Shown in pieces: positions 27,561 to 40,624 of a DNA stretch of 64,000 nucleotides (its first letter is position 1; each line of letters begins with the position of its first letter). The notes beneath the pieces are model-generated. The model was given only the letters and a program-made list of their open reading frames with translations, was not told where the DNA came from and ran no database searches. The DNA is from Vicugna vicugna (lineage: Eukaryota): assembly GCA_013265495.1 (NCBI GenBank), contig MU058241.1, positions 745,249 to 809,248 of the forward strand, given 5' to 3'. Made by a program: the position numbers and the translations under genes.

Positions 27561-29536
27561 AGATGGGATTCTATGTGATATTTATTTTGCACATACACAC
27601 AAAAACTTTAACCTTTGTTTCTCTTAAACACTACTTATATAATTTTAATGCAAATAATAAGAAGCCTAGGATTAGGTGTCCAGATATTTCTAAGATTTCT
27701 CCGGAGATGAAAGGCGCATGTTGAGTTCACTAAAGAGTGTAAAATGGATGCTTTTCATATCTGCTAACTGGTTTCTTAAGCGTGCCAGATTTAACATTAC
27801 GCTTCACGCCCTAATTAGCTCACTGTGGAGCTGGGTCAGTGTTGCATGAGTCTCCCTGGTCCCCCTAACACACCCCCGATCCTCACCCTACCCGCCAGGG
27901 CATCATCACACACAGTGTGGGCGGGCGGGTCCCGGTTTCCACAGCAACCAGCAATCAGGCGCATCCTGCTCTCCTTCCCTCAGTGACTCACCGCGGTACC
28001 CCAGGCCCTGGAGACCAAGGGGGCCTCTTTCCGGGGCATTGACAGGCTCAGAAATGACCCAGCAACACAGTGCCTGGCCTTACGCTGGAAAGTCCTGGAT
28101 GCTGGTGTTAAGGGGTCTAGAGAGCAGGGGCATGAAGGATGCCAGAATGACGGGATGAAAGCAGGAAAAAGCCCAGAAAAGTGCAGAAATCCAGATCCCA
28201 GGTCCCAACTAACCCGTCCATGAGCCCACGAAGACGTGCAGGTGACATGAGCCAATGGGGTTAAAGTCAGAGTCACGATACACAGTGTGTCTTTCAGTTA
28301 TAGTTATTTAAATCTCACGGTGAGTTCAAGGAACACGTAATTGAAGAGGAGTATGGGGCCAAGAGGACGTGGTGGACTTCCTGATCTTGGTACTCAGTGA
28401 CTGGGTCTGGGGAGACGCTGATGGAGACTCTGCCCCGGCCAGCAGTGTAGCTTCCTGTCCCATCAGTACACATGGCTTGACATCAGCCTCACTGGGCTCT
28501 GTTCCTCGTGGGACACACGCAGCATGATGATCCCCCGAGCGCCGCCTTGCCAGTTTCTGGCCCAAGCACCACGTTCTCAACGTGACTCCAGTCATACATT
28601 CCTCCTTATTCTGAAGGTGCTGTCCTGGATCTGCCTTTACACGCATCAGAATATTGTCTCAACCCTGCTCGTGACACATCATGCATGGCCCTTGATGCAA
28701 ATCATAACATTCGATTTGAAAAGAAAACATGGCCTTTGAAGAGTTCAAGGTTTTAAGTTCAGCCCTCGAGATAGCAACCAGTTAGTGTTACAAAATGTAT
28801 ACAAACGGAGGAAGAAAACGAGACGGATGGGGCTGCGTCGAGGACAGTCACGGTGCAGGGACGGCAGGGGACGTCAGAAGAAATCCTAGGAAAAACGGAT
28901 GGACATCTCTCACTGGGTGTAACACCATTAGGTGTCGCCCCCACACTGCTGATGGACTAACATTTTGAGTGTGCGCTCTGGGCTGGAGCCTCACTCGCTC
29001 CTCTGAGCTAAGGCGGAAAACAGGTTTCACTGTTTTAGGCACAGAAGGCACCACAGCATCATGTAAGGAGCGGGCCCTTTGTAAATCTCAGGACTACACA
29101 TTTTGTCTTCTGTGATGCCGGGTAATTAGGAAAAGGGATTGGCAACCATGGTGCCTGCTTATCAGGAAGCTTCCAGGACTGAATGTGCTGCTCCACATAG
29201 AGCAGTTAGCTGCCAGCCCTTATGAGAAGCTCAGGGGATGTTAATTCCGATTGTTATGGCACAGAGATGGACATGGAGGTCTTAGAGGAATATACTGCTT
29301 TGTCCCATTTCACGTAACTAGCAATCCACCTGACTCTTGACTGTAAGCAACTGACCGTAACACAATCACTAAGGGCGAGGAACTCTGTTCTTTTCCATCT
29401 GTCCACACAGCACATAGTAGGAACTCAAAAAAAGAAAAAGTTGATGCATTCCACCAAACCAGTTTTCTCCCAACACTTCATCTTTCTGTTCCTTTTCTCA
29501 CTTGAAGATCAACGACGCTCCCGTTACAGCTTCTCT

Positions 29537-29682
29537 ATTTTTTTCTGTTTTTTTTTTTTTTCCTGATGGTGGGAGGTAATCAGGTTTACTATTTATTTAT
29601 TTTGGAGGAGGTACTGGGGATTGAACCCAGGACATTTTGTGTGCTCAGCATCTGCTCTACCAATTGAGCTATACTCTTCCCC
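29537..29682 (-). mobile_element. tRNA-derived SINE (camelid Vic-1-like)
   Basis: Reverse complement has A box tagctcaattggtag and B box gggttcaatcccc; TSD core tacagctt at 29525-29532 and 29683-29690. Confidence 0.9.
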
Positions 29683-30200
29683 TACAGCTTTCTGAGAGAC
29701 GCGGCTCAGTCCACTTCCTGGACCAGAAGGAGGCCAGACCAAAGAGTGCTCTTCAGCGGAAGGGCTGCCAGGTTGGGCTGCAGCCCTCCGTTCAGGGTAA
29801 GGATCCAAACACGCCCCTGCACCTGCTCAGTCTGACCGCCACGGGGAGGAGACAGACCATCATCAGGGTCACTGATGCCTACAGGTGTAGGGGAGACGGG
29901 AACTAAGAAGCTATGCTGGACAGAAGTGGCGAGGTGGCGGCTCTTTTGTGCTGCCAGGTGGCTTGAGTTTATTTGAAGGGTGTGCCTTCAGGGCCCAGAT
30001 GCAGTAGACACACTTCCAACCAGGAGATAAAGCGACTGCTTCACTTAGAGCTATGAGGAGCAGCTCTGCTCCCAGACTCACTGTGGCCAGAGATTAACAA
30101 CCACGGTGGACCCTTGGACTAAGGACTCCTTAACAAAATCCTTCTCTGAATACACATTCACAGGCATACAGAGCAGCATGAGACTAAGAAAGACAGCCAA

Positions 30201-30246
30201 GGACACAACATTGTAAACTGACTATACTTCAGTGGAAAAAAAAAAA
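30201..30246 (+). mobile_element. Ultra-short L1 insertion (about 33-nt 3' tip plus poly-A)
   Basis: gacacaacattgtaaactgactatacttca matches the 3' termini of other L1s in the window; perfect TSD aaagacagccaa at 30189-30200 and 30247-30258. Confidence 0.85.
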
Positions 30247-32679
30247 AAAGACAGCCAAAGAAACCAGTGGTTCTAAAATAAGCTTAGTCCGCATGAAACT
30301 AAGAACACAGAAACGTGATGGAGATTTAAAAAGAAGTATTCTGGATGTATCCAAAAGGATAAAATGGAAGTTGAATCTTAAAAAAAAAAAAAGAAAAGAA
30401 ATTGGGAAAAAGTGTGATATGGAATAAAGATGGATTAAAAAAAGAAAGATAATTAGAAATACTTAAGATGAAAAATACATTCTCAAAAAAATTTTAAGTA
30501 CTCAAAAAAACAGAATATACACTAGACTGGGCAAATCCAAATAGACAATTCGTAACCAGGAAGGCAGTGTGGACAAATTAATCAGAGTCGGCACTGAGAC
30601 AGAAAGAAGAAAAATACAAAAAAGGATTAAGCAATATGGGAAACAAACTGAAAAGCTGCTACCTACGTTTAATTAAAGTTCCAGGAGGAAATAAACATTT
30701 AAAAATCAACAGCTGGCAACTTCACAGAAATTAAGAAAGGCCAGAGCACGCCAATCAAGAGTGCAATCAAACACCGAGCAGGATCAACCAAAAATAACTG
30801 AACCCTTGACAACCCTAGTCAAACTGCAGAGTTTCGAGGGTTAAATTAAAGTGATCGAAGACACCACACAGGTAGCCCAGCTTACCCGAAATGAGCTGCA
30901 ATTCTGGTGCTGGCAGGTTTCTCATTCAAAAATTTACAATTTCTAGCTTATAAAATTGTGCCAGAAGGTAATAAAAGGGAAGACATATGTCAAAATCTTC
31001 TCTCAGGAATTGTTAGAAAAAGCAGGATCCCCCCCCACACACAAATCATTAAGGACATAGAAGAAATAATAGCAAATATCAACCAAACCAAAATTTGGTC
31101 CATTGAAAACAATAAAATGCAGAGACCTGATCCAACATGGTGGGGTGGGGGGTGGCATGGGGAAGGCAGGGGGAGATGGAAGAGGACGAGAGGGAGGGAG
31201 AGGTGGAGGACAGCGGGGGTGGTCACTGGTATTAAGGACATAAGGGACATCACTGAACTTACTACGTGACATTAAGGAGGTGCTGAGAGAAAAATCCAGG
31301 GCAATAAATTTAAACGCTTAGATAAAACTGACATTAATTTATCAGAATAGAGACACCGGAGACACAAAATCAGAACAGCCCTGACATTGATTTGGTAATG
31401 AAAACTTCACTCCAAACAAAGTTGGAGACCAAACAGCTCTGTTGATGGATTCTAAGAAACATTAAAGGAAGGAACACTATAAAGCTTACGAACTCCTTCA
31501 GAAAAGAGAGGAAGCGAAGAAAACTCATGTACTATACACATGAGTTAGCAAAGCCAGAATAAGCCTGAAGCCAAAACCAGATTGAGAATTGATTAAGAAA
31601 TAAAACAAACACAACCATTCTTTACAAAATCAAATTCAGCGGCGATCAGGAATGAAAGGTAACATGTTATGGGCAAGTGAGATTCATTCCACAAATGCGA
31701 GGCTGGATTAGCCGTGCAAAAACCAACCAACAAAACTTGTATTAGTAATTTACAAGAGAAAAATACGGTGATTTTCGTAGATGCAGAAAGGGCTTTTGAT
31801 AAATTCAAGACCAAGCTGTGGTTATGGAAGTCTTAATTGTAAAAAAACCAAACATGTTCCATTAAAATAAAGGTGAAAAAGACAATATTCACTCTCATTT
31901 TCTATGCAATACTGTATTGGAGGTCATAATGTAATAAAACAACAAGCTGTATTATTTAAGGTAAGACTATTAAGAAGGGAGAGGAGTATCACTGCAGAAA
32001 CATGACTTTGCACGTAGCAAATGCTGAGGTACGTAAACAACTATGAGTCCTGATTAGTGAATTTAGCATGGTACAGAATCAAAGGTCAATAATCAAAGGT
32101 GAGTTCTATTTCTACACAGTGGTAACAAACAAATGGAATTTTAAGAACCAAAAATGTCACCTACAATGACGCCATTACACACAGAACGTTAAGGATAAAT
32201 TTAACAAAAGTGGAGCAAAACCTCTACCCTGAAATAATGAAGCTTCGCTGAGAGGAAATTAAAGTAGATTTCTATCAGTGAAAAGATAAATCATGCTCAC
32301 GGATTAGAAGACAATATTGTTAAGAGCTCAATTCTCTGCAGATTATCTATAGATGGAACACAATTCTAATTCCATCTCCAGCGAACTCAGTCGACAAGCA
32401 ATTCCTGAAATTTACAGGGAGTCGTAAAGGACCCAGAACAGCCAAAACAACTTTGAGAAACAAATCTGGAGGACTCACGTAGCATGCTTTCCAAAGTTCT
32501 TCTGAAGCCAGAGTAGCCAAGACTGAATCAGGACTGAGTAGGACCCATGAAGAGATCAAGGGAACAAAACTGAGTGCTCAGAAAGGGACACACACCGCAT
32601 GCATCGTGAAACAAAAGCATGCCAAAATAATTTTATGAGGAAAAGGAGAGATTTTTCAAAAAACAGTCATGGGGCCCAG

Positions 32680-33820
32680 AGGGAGTACGCCAATGATGGC
32701 TCCCTTCTTCCTCTAAGCACAGCTAAACTCTCCAGACAAAAGCCCCCAACAATGACTTGAAATCTCTAAGAAGTAAACAACAGGCACACGGGGGACTTAA
32801 ACACCTGAATTAGGTCCCATAATGGGACTGAGTTTCCCATTTCTGCCCTGTTGGTCTCCCAGCTCTGACCAGACGGCCGGCTGTCCGGAACTGGGCAGTG
32901 AGACAACGTAACTCCAGGAGGAAGCCCCTGGTTCCGGCCAGAGACCCAGAGGAAGGGGCCCTGTGTGCCCGAGAGAGTGCTGGGAACCCCCGTTTCTTGC
33001 AGCTTTGGGTTTTTCCTCTCTGTCTCTCTCTCGGCTGATCCCAGTTGAACGGGTGCACTGTTGTGGTGGCAGCTTACAGGCGCAGACAGGTCACGTCCCC
33101 AAAGGAGACCCATCCTATTTCTTTTCTCCAGAGAAAAAGGGAAAAGAAACTGTTGCCTGTGGACTGCTGCTGAATCCTGGTACCGCTTTCTCTCTTTCCT
33201 CTCTCTCCAAGTTATCCCAAAGGGGCCACCCAGAACTACACATAATTGGGGTGGGGGCAATGCAGCTAAAACCCTCATAAAAACCTGTCTTTCCTTCTGG
33301 CCAGAGCAATCCCAGGTACCTGGGAACCAGAGTGTGGGGTATGCTTGGCAGATTTAGCAAATAAAAATACAGGATCCCTGGTGAAATTAAAATTTGAGAT
33401 AAACAACAGTTCTTTAACATAAGTATGCTCTCTACTGAAAAATTTTTCGTTGTGTATCTGAACGGTTCTAAGCTTTATCTGGAGATCCTACGTGGGGCTA
33501 ATTCCAGACAGAGAGGAGTGAGGAAAGGCATCCTCTACTCTCTGCACCAGCCAACTCAAGTCTTGCTCTTGATCTTAACTCCAAAACTGCATGCATGGAG
33601 CAGACCCCAGAAGCAGAGCTAAGGCTTGAGCCCTTAACTCGGGTATAAACCACTTCTGGACTCGGATTAGCCTCCAGGGGAGGCATGCATCAGACAGACT
33701 CACACAGCCCAGCCCAGGCTCTGAAACTCGATCTGAGTTGGCACTGCCGTCCAGAGAAAGGAGGAGAGAAGGCAGGGTCTGAACTGAGCTAACCACATGC
33801 CAATTAAAGAAGTAAATACA
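32680..33820 (+). mobile_element. GC-rich insert resembling an L1MC/L1MD-type 5' UTR
   Basis: GC/CpG-richer block that interrupts the ORF2 relic; similarity to old L1 5' ends is from memory only. Confidence 0.4.
33341..33490. mobile_element. MER53 palindromic DNA-transposon relic
   Basis: cagatttagcaaataaaaatacaggat...aaatttgagataaacaac...aagtatg...tcgttgtgtatctgaa matches the recalled MER53 consensus. Confidence 0.75.
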
Positions 33821-36800
33821 TTTCCAGAAGTGGTGATGAAACAACCGGATGTCTACATCGAAAGATTGTAAATCTGAACGCATCAGAGACCAAAACACCC
33901 AATCTGATGTGACAAAAAACTTCTAGAAGAAAACAAAAGTACATTGTATGGTACGGAGGTGGCCAAAGACTGACTTCTTAAACAGGACGCAGAATGCATT
34001 AATTATAAAGGAAAAGGTAACAAATTAGGCATTTCAAAATTTAAAAAAAAAATCTCCTAGTCATCAAAAGATACCTTTAAGAAAATGAAACATAAAGATG
34101 CTGAATGGAAAATAATCACAAACACATGTCTGGCCAGTCCATGTGTTACAATAAACTATATAAGAAAATATTCGTTTCTCTGAAGAAAATGGAAATGAGT
34201 GAAGGGCTTGTGCAGACACTCCACAAAAATATGTGCATGACCAAGAGAAAGTCTTTACATCATCACCCACCGGAGAGGGGCAAGTTTAAGTCCCACAGAG
34301 AGCCTACTCAACACCCCCCCCGAATGACTGAGATGACCGAAAGTGGGCGCGACTGGGAAGCCACCATCACCCCCATGTTGTTGAAGGGGCACGTGGGCTG
34401 TGCTCCTTCGGAACACACTTCGGCAGGATCTTATAAAGTCAGACGTGCACCACGATCCAGAGATTCCATTCCCAAATACTGACCCGAGAGGAATGAAGAT
34501 ACATGTCCTCACAAGGACGTGCTCGCCCAAGTTTTATTCGTCACAGCCCAACACTGGAGACCATCGAAAGGGGCATCCGCAGGAGGAGGGACCAACCGCC
34601 TGCCTATTCATGCAGCAAGCGCCCCCCACAGTCCAAGGGATGAGCTGTGTCCACACCCACTAACGTGCCTGTGCCTCGAGAACACTGCTTAAGTGGAGAA
34701 AAGCCAAACAGAAAACAGAGCACTTGGAAAGAATCACCTTTACAGGATGTTTCAGAACAGGCAAAGCCAATCCATGGTGAAAGAACTGAGAACAGCTGGC
34801 TCTGGGCTGGGGCTGGGTGGGGTGAGCAGAGACCAACTGGGCGGGGGCACGAGGGAAATTTCTGGGGTGACGAAATGTTCTGTGTATTGACCGGGTGTGT
34901 TCTGCACAAGTGTATGCACTTTACAGAATTCTGCAAACTAGCACTATGTAAATCAACTTTTAACACTTCATAAAAAAACTGAAAATTGGACATTATTTCC
35001 TTTTATTTTGCACAGGGAAAGACACCACGAATGAGGTAAAAATCAAGAGACCGAAGGAAAGACTGCTTATGCAACTTCAATTTACTGACATAGATTGTAT
35101 CTGGATATATATTTTTTAAAGTGATAGTTAATTTTAAAATTCAAGACATTTAAAAATCAGCAAATTATATGGGATGCAATTTTACTGAAGGGTGAGCCCA
35201 AATGGAAAATGTCCAGAAAAGAGCTTGACCTGTGAGTCCAAGAATTACAAAACATGACAAAGGCATGCATGTCCACCCCAAATGAGCGGGATTACTCTGC
35301 CTTTGTGGGAACATACACCGGTGATGTAATTCCCTGGGTGGGCGACTGGCAACACTGAGCAAAGTGAACGCTGCGCTGGTTGCTGCCACTGGGACCACCT
35401 GGGAATTCTGCCCCCACGCGTACACGCTCGGGCACAACTTCCCAACCCTGGTGGCACGTTAGAGTCACTATTCTAGAATGTGGAGCAATGTATGTTCTTG
35501 TGCCTCATTCCTTGCCCACCAAATGCAAGTTTTTCTTTAGAGGAAGGGTTTATCTCAATCCCAGGTGCCCGTTTGACTCTTCACAAAGAGCAAAGCCTGG
35601 TCACCCACCACTCACTGAACCTGACTACGCTGGTCAGGAGAGATCTGATCAAGGAAACTGGGATGCCCGTTATGATCTCCTGGGGGAGTCTCAAAACTCT
35701 GGACACCCAGGATGCAATCCAAAAATCTCTGGATTGGGGTTCCAAATACTGTGTAAACAAGTTACAGCATCGTGGGTAATGGTGAAACAAAACTGGGAGC
35801 AACTCTGATGTTCATTCACAGGATAATGTCCAGGTACATTGTAACATATATACCGCCATAAGGTACGTTGATAGGATAATGTACATCGTAACACACACAC
35901 CAAGTAATCCATCCTACATCTAAAATCAATGAATTTACACCCTCATGTAATAACGTGACTGCCACTCAGACACATAACTTTGTGTGAACAAAGCAAGTAC
36001 AAAAGAATATTGACACTATGATGCCATTTCCCTAAGTCAATCCTACTGAACTGTACTATGTATTGTTTACAGACGCACATGCACAATTGAAGTGTAGTAG
36101 CTCACACTGGGACAATAAAAAGCAAGCAGGGTTAGCAGTTATGTGCGGGAAGGGTAGGTCAGAAAGGGATGGGGAACAGCACATGTGGTCCATGATTCTG
36201 TCTGTAATATTTTTTAAAAGTCTGAAGCAAATAAGGCAACATACAAAATCTAGGTGCAAGCTGCAAAACCGTTCTTTATGACATTCCTTATACGTGTCTG
36301 TTAAAAATATTTTAATATTTTATATCATCTTATAATACTTTATGTATTATTTATATGTAAAAAATATTTTAAAATATTGGCAAAGCATTTGTAATAAACA
36401 CAAAGAAAAATGTAACCAACAAGAAAGCAGCAGAACTAACATACATTTGTAGGTCTAACACCAAAGCACTTTTTTATTTATTAACAATTTTCTTCTTTCT
36501 CTATGCTTAACATTATATACTGACTCTAATTTTTTCCTAACATGTCTTCTGTTTTCCTCCCTAAAATTCCTTCCCTTTTCAGTGTTTTCGTTTTGTTATT
36601 AAGAGAATAAGCTTAACAAAGGAGAAAACCTACACAGATTTTTCAACTATATAGTGTTTCCAATATGGTTTATTCATCTTTAGAGAAAAATGCATATAAT
36701 AGGATTGAATTTCAGTGTGAAACGGAACACTTCAAGTTCAGTGTTGGAATCTGGTTGATTCGTCATTGCTTCCAGACCCTAACACCCCCGGCCTGATGAA

Positions 36801-36891
36801 GTGTGAACTCAGGATACCTTTTAGGATAAGAAGTGCCTTGGTCACTGGGTATTTCCAATGAAAAGTCTCCCAGAGCGGGTTCTCAGCTTAC

Positions 36892-37035
36892 CAGGAGGTT
36901 TAGAAAGGCTTCGTTCTTCACCGTAAAATGCAACTTTTCTCTTGAACTCAACACACTGTGTAAGTAATTTGTAAAAACCTTGCCTTGCTTTCTTTTCTCG
37001 GTTGGAAATGTCACTTTGTAGCTGTCAGACTCCTT
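36892..37035 (-). other. Candidate exon (144 nt, or 130 nt using an alternative acceptor at 37021)
   Basis: Donor CTG|gtaagc. The 144-nt form is open as KESDSYKVTF...EAFLNLL; the 130-nt form is open as LQSDISNREKK...SLSKPP. Not recognised. Confidence 0.25.
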
Positions 37036-38319
37036 CTAACATCATGAATGAGAAATCCAGGGAGGTGAAAAAAGAGGTCTGGCATGGAAAACGTGTTTCA
37101 GAACAGTTGCTACTTTTCAAAATGGAAGAACAGCAGTTACTTTATCCTGGGACACCCTGGGAGGTTTACAGTTGACACCACACTCCAGCAAAACACATCT
37201 GCATCACCCACGTCCCTCTGGGGTTCAGGTCTGTCCACCGTAACCAATGTGGAATGACCGAGTTGAAATGGAGTTCCCAGGGCATGACTCGCCCTCAGTT
37301 TCTCTCTGCAGGAATGGGGGTTCAGCTTCCAGACCCCCCCACATTCTTTCCACGCACAATACACTTCCTACAGACAGGGATCCGAGGTGCAAACATTACT
37401 AAATACTGCTCGTGCAGTGAGAGTCCTCGGAGGGGAAAGAAACTTACATTCAGTCGCATTTTATGTGCTACATGGGTAAGTCTACATGATTTACATACAG
37501 TATTTTATTAAATTCCCAAACGGTACGGAATCTGTGTTCTCACCCTTCTCTTATGTAGGAGCATGAGGTTGGGAGACGTACACATTCTCACCTTCACACA
37601 GCTTGCGTGTGGTGGACTCCGCATTCCCATGGGGCCAGTTCACCCCCCGCCACCATGGCGATGCTTCTCCAGTGTGTGTCTCTCCACTGTTCACGGCTCC
37701 CCTTTCCACCCCACAGTCCCTGCATCTGCACCCCGCCCAGCTGCTCCCTGCATGCCCTGTCCCACACCTGCCTACTCTCTCTGGCTACTGGGAACTTGAC
37801 AGCACGTCAGTAGTTCTCCTGACCCTCCTCAATTTCTGCTCCCGTGTCCTGCGCTTTTGGACCAAACCTGCATGGGTGGGAGGATGACATGAGTGAAAAA
37901 TTGGGGCTTTTTATTTGGATAGAGATGAAACTGAGCTCAAGCCCACTCCCTGCAGTTGTGTGATACTGGACAAGTGGTTCCAGCACCAGGAGCTGAACTT
38001 TCTTCATCTGTGACAAGAAATCCCTCTCTGCAAGACTGCTGTGAGAAAAGGACGCGGTCACAGTGACTCAATGGCTGCCTTCCAACTGACCTGGTAAACA
38101 TTCGTCTTCCTTCACGTCTAACGGCTTCATAAGGTTTCCACCCAGGACTGTCCCTTCTTGGCCCTGTTGTGGGCTTGCAAATGAGATTCAAGACCGGATA
38201 CAGAAGAGGTACCCAGTCAATACTTCCTGAATTTAAAATTTACACACTTCCAACCCCTTTTAAAGGCGCAGCTTTCTTTATATACACTTCTCATGTTTGA
38301 TATTCTGGACCCACTGAAA

Positions 38320-38760
38320 GGCTGGGAAGGTACTCACAGAGAGAGTTCCCCCGTGTCCCTGACCCAGTTTCCCCTAATGTTCACATCTTACATCACCTCG
38401 AGTTTGTCACCGCTGAGAACCGAATTCAGTTGCTGTGGAACTATTGGTTAAACTCCAGACTCTACTGGGATTTCCTGGTTGCTCCAAGCACATCCTCTTT
38501 CTTGTTCCAGGATTCCAGGTAGAATCCCACATCGCACTGGTCACTCATCACGTCTCAACCTCCTCTGACATGTGGCAGTTTCTTTGTCTTTCCCTGTTCT
38601 TCATGACCTTGACAGCTCAGGAGTCCTGCTCAGGCATTCTGCAGAATGTCCCTCAATCTGGGCCTGAAGGATGTTTTGGGAGCATCGGAGTTATGGGTCA
38701 TGGGGAGGAGCACCACAAAGGGCAACCACCCTTCTCATCACCCCATACCAGGGGGCACAG
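38320..38760 (-). mobile_element. L1MC4-like 3' end relic, antisense
   Basis: ttcttcatgaccttgaca...ttctgcagaatgtccctcaatctggg is the reverse complement of the motif seen at about 17810-17900. Confidence 0.7.
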
Positions 38761-39469
38761 TAAGGAAGCCGTGTTAAGAGCCTTGAAGCAACACTGTACT
38801 ACCAGGGAGTGCCCTGTTCTGGAAGAGTCTGTGAAGCTTCTGGAAACTACCCTCTTTCTCAGAATGCCTTGGCTCAGAACATCCTGGCACGTGGCATTCT
38901 CGGCTGCATCTGGATCATGGCATGTCACACATTCACAAGACTCATGAGCAGGGATGGGACCAAGGATAATTGAGCAATTATTAGGCAAACAACTGAAGAA
39001 ACAAAAAAGCAGGTGGGCGATGGTTACCCTGGAAAAGGCCTCCTTGCTCCACTGGCCCTCAGAGCAGTGCTGCCACCCCGATTCTGTTTCTCTGGCATCT
39101 GTTATAGACAGCTGCACCCTCCTGCAAACAGTGCCACCTCACGTGAACGAAAAATACGTTTTCCTGGGCACTTGTGGCTGTGTGTGTGGTCCAGGTCTGC
39201 CTGGGATCTGGGCCTGCAAAAATAGAATAATTCTTCCCACTTTGAGAGGGAATGAGTCCTTGTGAAACTTTAGCTTGGTTGAAAGGACATACATTTCCTG
39301 TCCACAAATGCATCCAACAGACACCATGGGGATGGTGTTTTTGAGTGTACTGATGCTGGTGGCTGGAGTTTGACAGTTTTACAAAGTAGAAATAGATGCA
39401 AATGTTTTCTTCTTTCTTGTTTTCCATTCCAGTCTTCTCTCCCTCACAAGCTAAAACTGGACTCCAAAT

Positions 39470-39660
39470 CAGTGGTTCTCAGCCATCCTGACTGCACCCC
39501 CAGGGGACGTGTGACAGTGCTCCACTAGGGGAGGGGGTGGAACTGGCATCGGGTGGGTGGAGACCAGGGACGCTGTTCACCATTCTTCAGGGCACAGGAC
39601 GCCGCCCACCGAAGACTCATCCAGCGCCAGCGTCAGCAGCGCCGAGGCTGAGAACCCCCG
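39470..39660 (+). mobile_element. MER20 hAT-Charlie DNA transposon, GC-shifted
   Basis: Termini cagtggttctca ... gccgaggctgagaacccccg; internal ccccaggggac, actggcatc and gcacaggac. Confidence 0.85.
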
Positions 39661-40329
39661 GGGCACCCTGATTCTCCATCACCGCGCTTTTGGAACATTT
39701 AAGACATCCCTCTCCGCTTCTCTCTCCGTAAAGCTCTGTTTAATCGGCGTCCGTCCTCACCACGGTATGGAAACCCCCTTCTCTGGGTCTCCAACTGGAC
39801 TCACCGCTGTGACTTCTCAAAGCCCTAGGGATGCACCAGTGTCACCCCCGTGGCTAGACCGCCGCCTCCGTTGGGCACCTCCCTGCTCTGCTGCGCTGTA
39901 ATTGGGGACCATGCAGAGCCCCTGAAACTCCTGTGGACCCTGTTCCTCAGTCTCCCGGAGACCCCAGCTGCCTTTACCCCCTGTGCCAGTCCAGCACCAG
40001 CTCCTCCCTGTGAAGCGCTCGAGCTCAGAGTCCCAACCTTGGCTACTCATTGTTCAGAGGTTACAAAATTTTGTGTTATTGCATCAGACACCTTTTCAAA
40101 ATTACTTATGAAGCCACAAGAGTCCCCTCTGCTGGGGCGTCCTGTCCCTTCCCTAAGTCAGTGGGTGACTTCTCCCTCCTCCTATTTCCCTCCCACACAA
40201 CTTTGTTTCTGGAGAGGACACAGAAATTCCCCAGGCAGCCAGGCTCAAAACTTCACTCCTGCACTGGTTCGGCATTCAGTCTCTCCCGGTCGAATCAGTC
40301 ATCCACAGCCAGGTACAAGACTCACCAGC

Positions 40330-40624
40330 TCCCTCGCGGAAACGCCTTCCCCAGGCATCTTTCTTGGTGCTTCAGTGGTGACTGTCTCACTACAAGCTTT
40401 CCTGGTTCTCAGGCCTTTGGACCCAGACTGAAGTACACCACTGGCTTCCCTGAGCCTGCAGCTAACAGAGCTCTCCTCAGCCTCCAAGATCCCCTGAACT
40501 AATTCCTCACAATGAATCTCCAAATATATATACACACGTATACACGTGTGCGTGTAGATATGTGTGTATGTGTGTATATTTATCTTCCTCTAGTTCTGTT
40601 TTTCTGAAGAACCCTGACTAATAC
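40330..40624 (+). mobile_element. MLT2 (ERVL) LTR, 3' portion
   Basis: cctggttctcaggcctttggacccagactgaagtacaccactggcttccctg...agttctgtttttctgaagaaccctgactaataca is the typical MLT2 end. Confidence 0.85.

Larger units (their letters stand above)
30290..34980 (+). mobile_element. Long, heavily decayed old L1M (ORF1-ORF2-3' end) interrupted at about 32680-33820
   Basis: gtagatgcagaaagggcttttgataaattcaa ([14 protein letters not shown]), ggattagaagacaatattgttaag (WIGRLNIVK-like) and an L1M-type 3'UTR at about 34640-34980. Confidence 0.8.

Noticed and set aside
32766..33420. Cluster of overlapping 80-170 aa ORFs on both strands
   Set aside because: They lie in GC-rich repeat-derived sequence with few stop codons; no protein similarity recognised.
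39850..40502. 193-aa and 150-aa ORFs
   Set aside because: GC-rich chance ORFs overlapping an MLT2 LTR; no recognisable domain.
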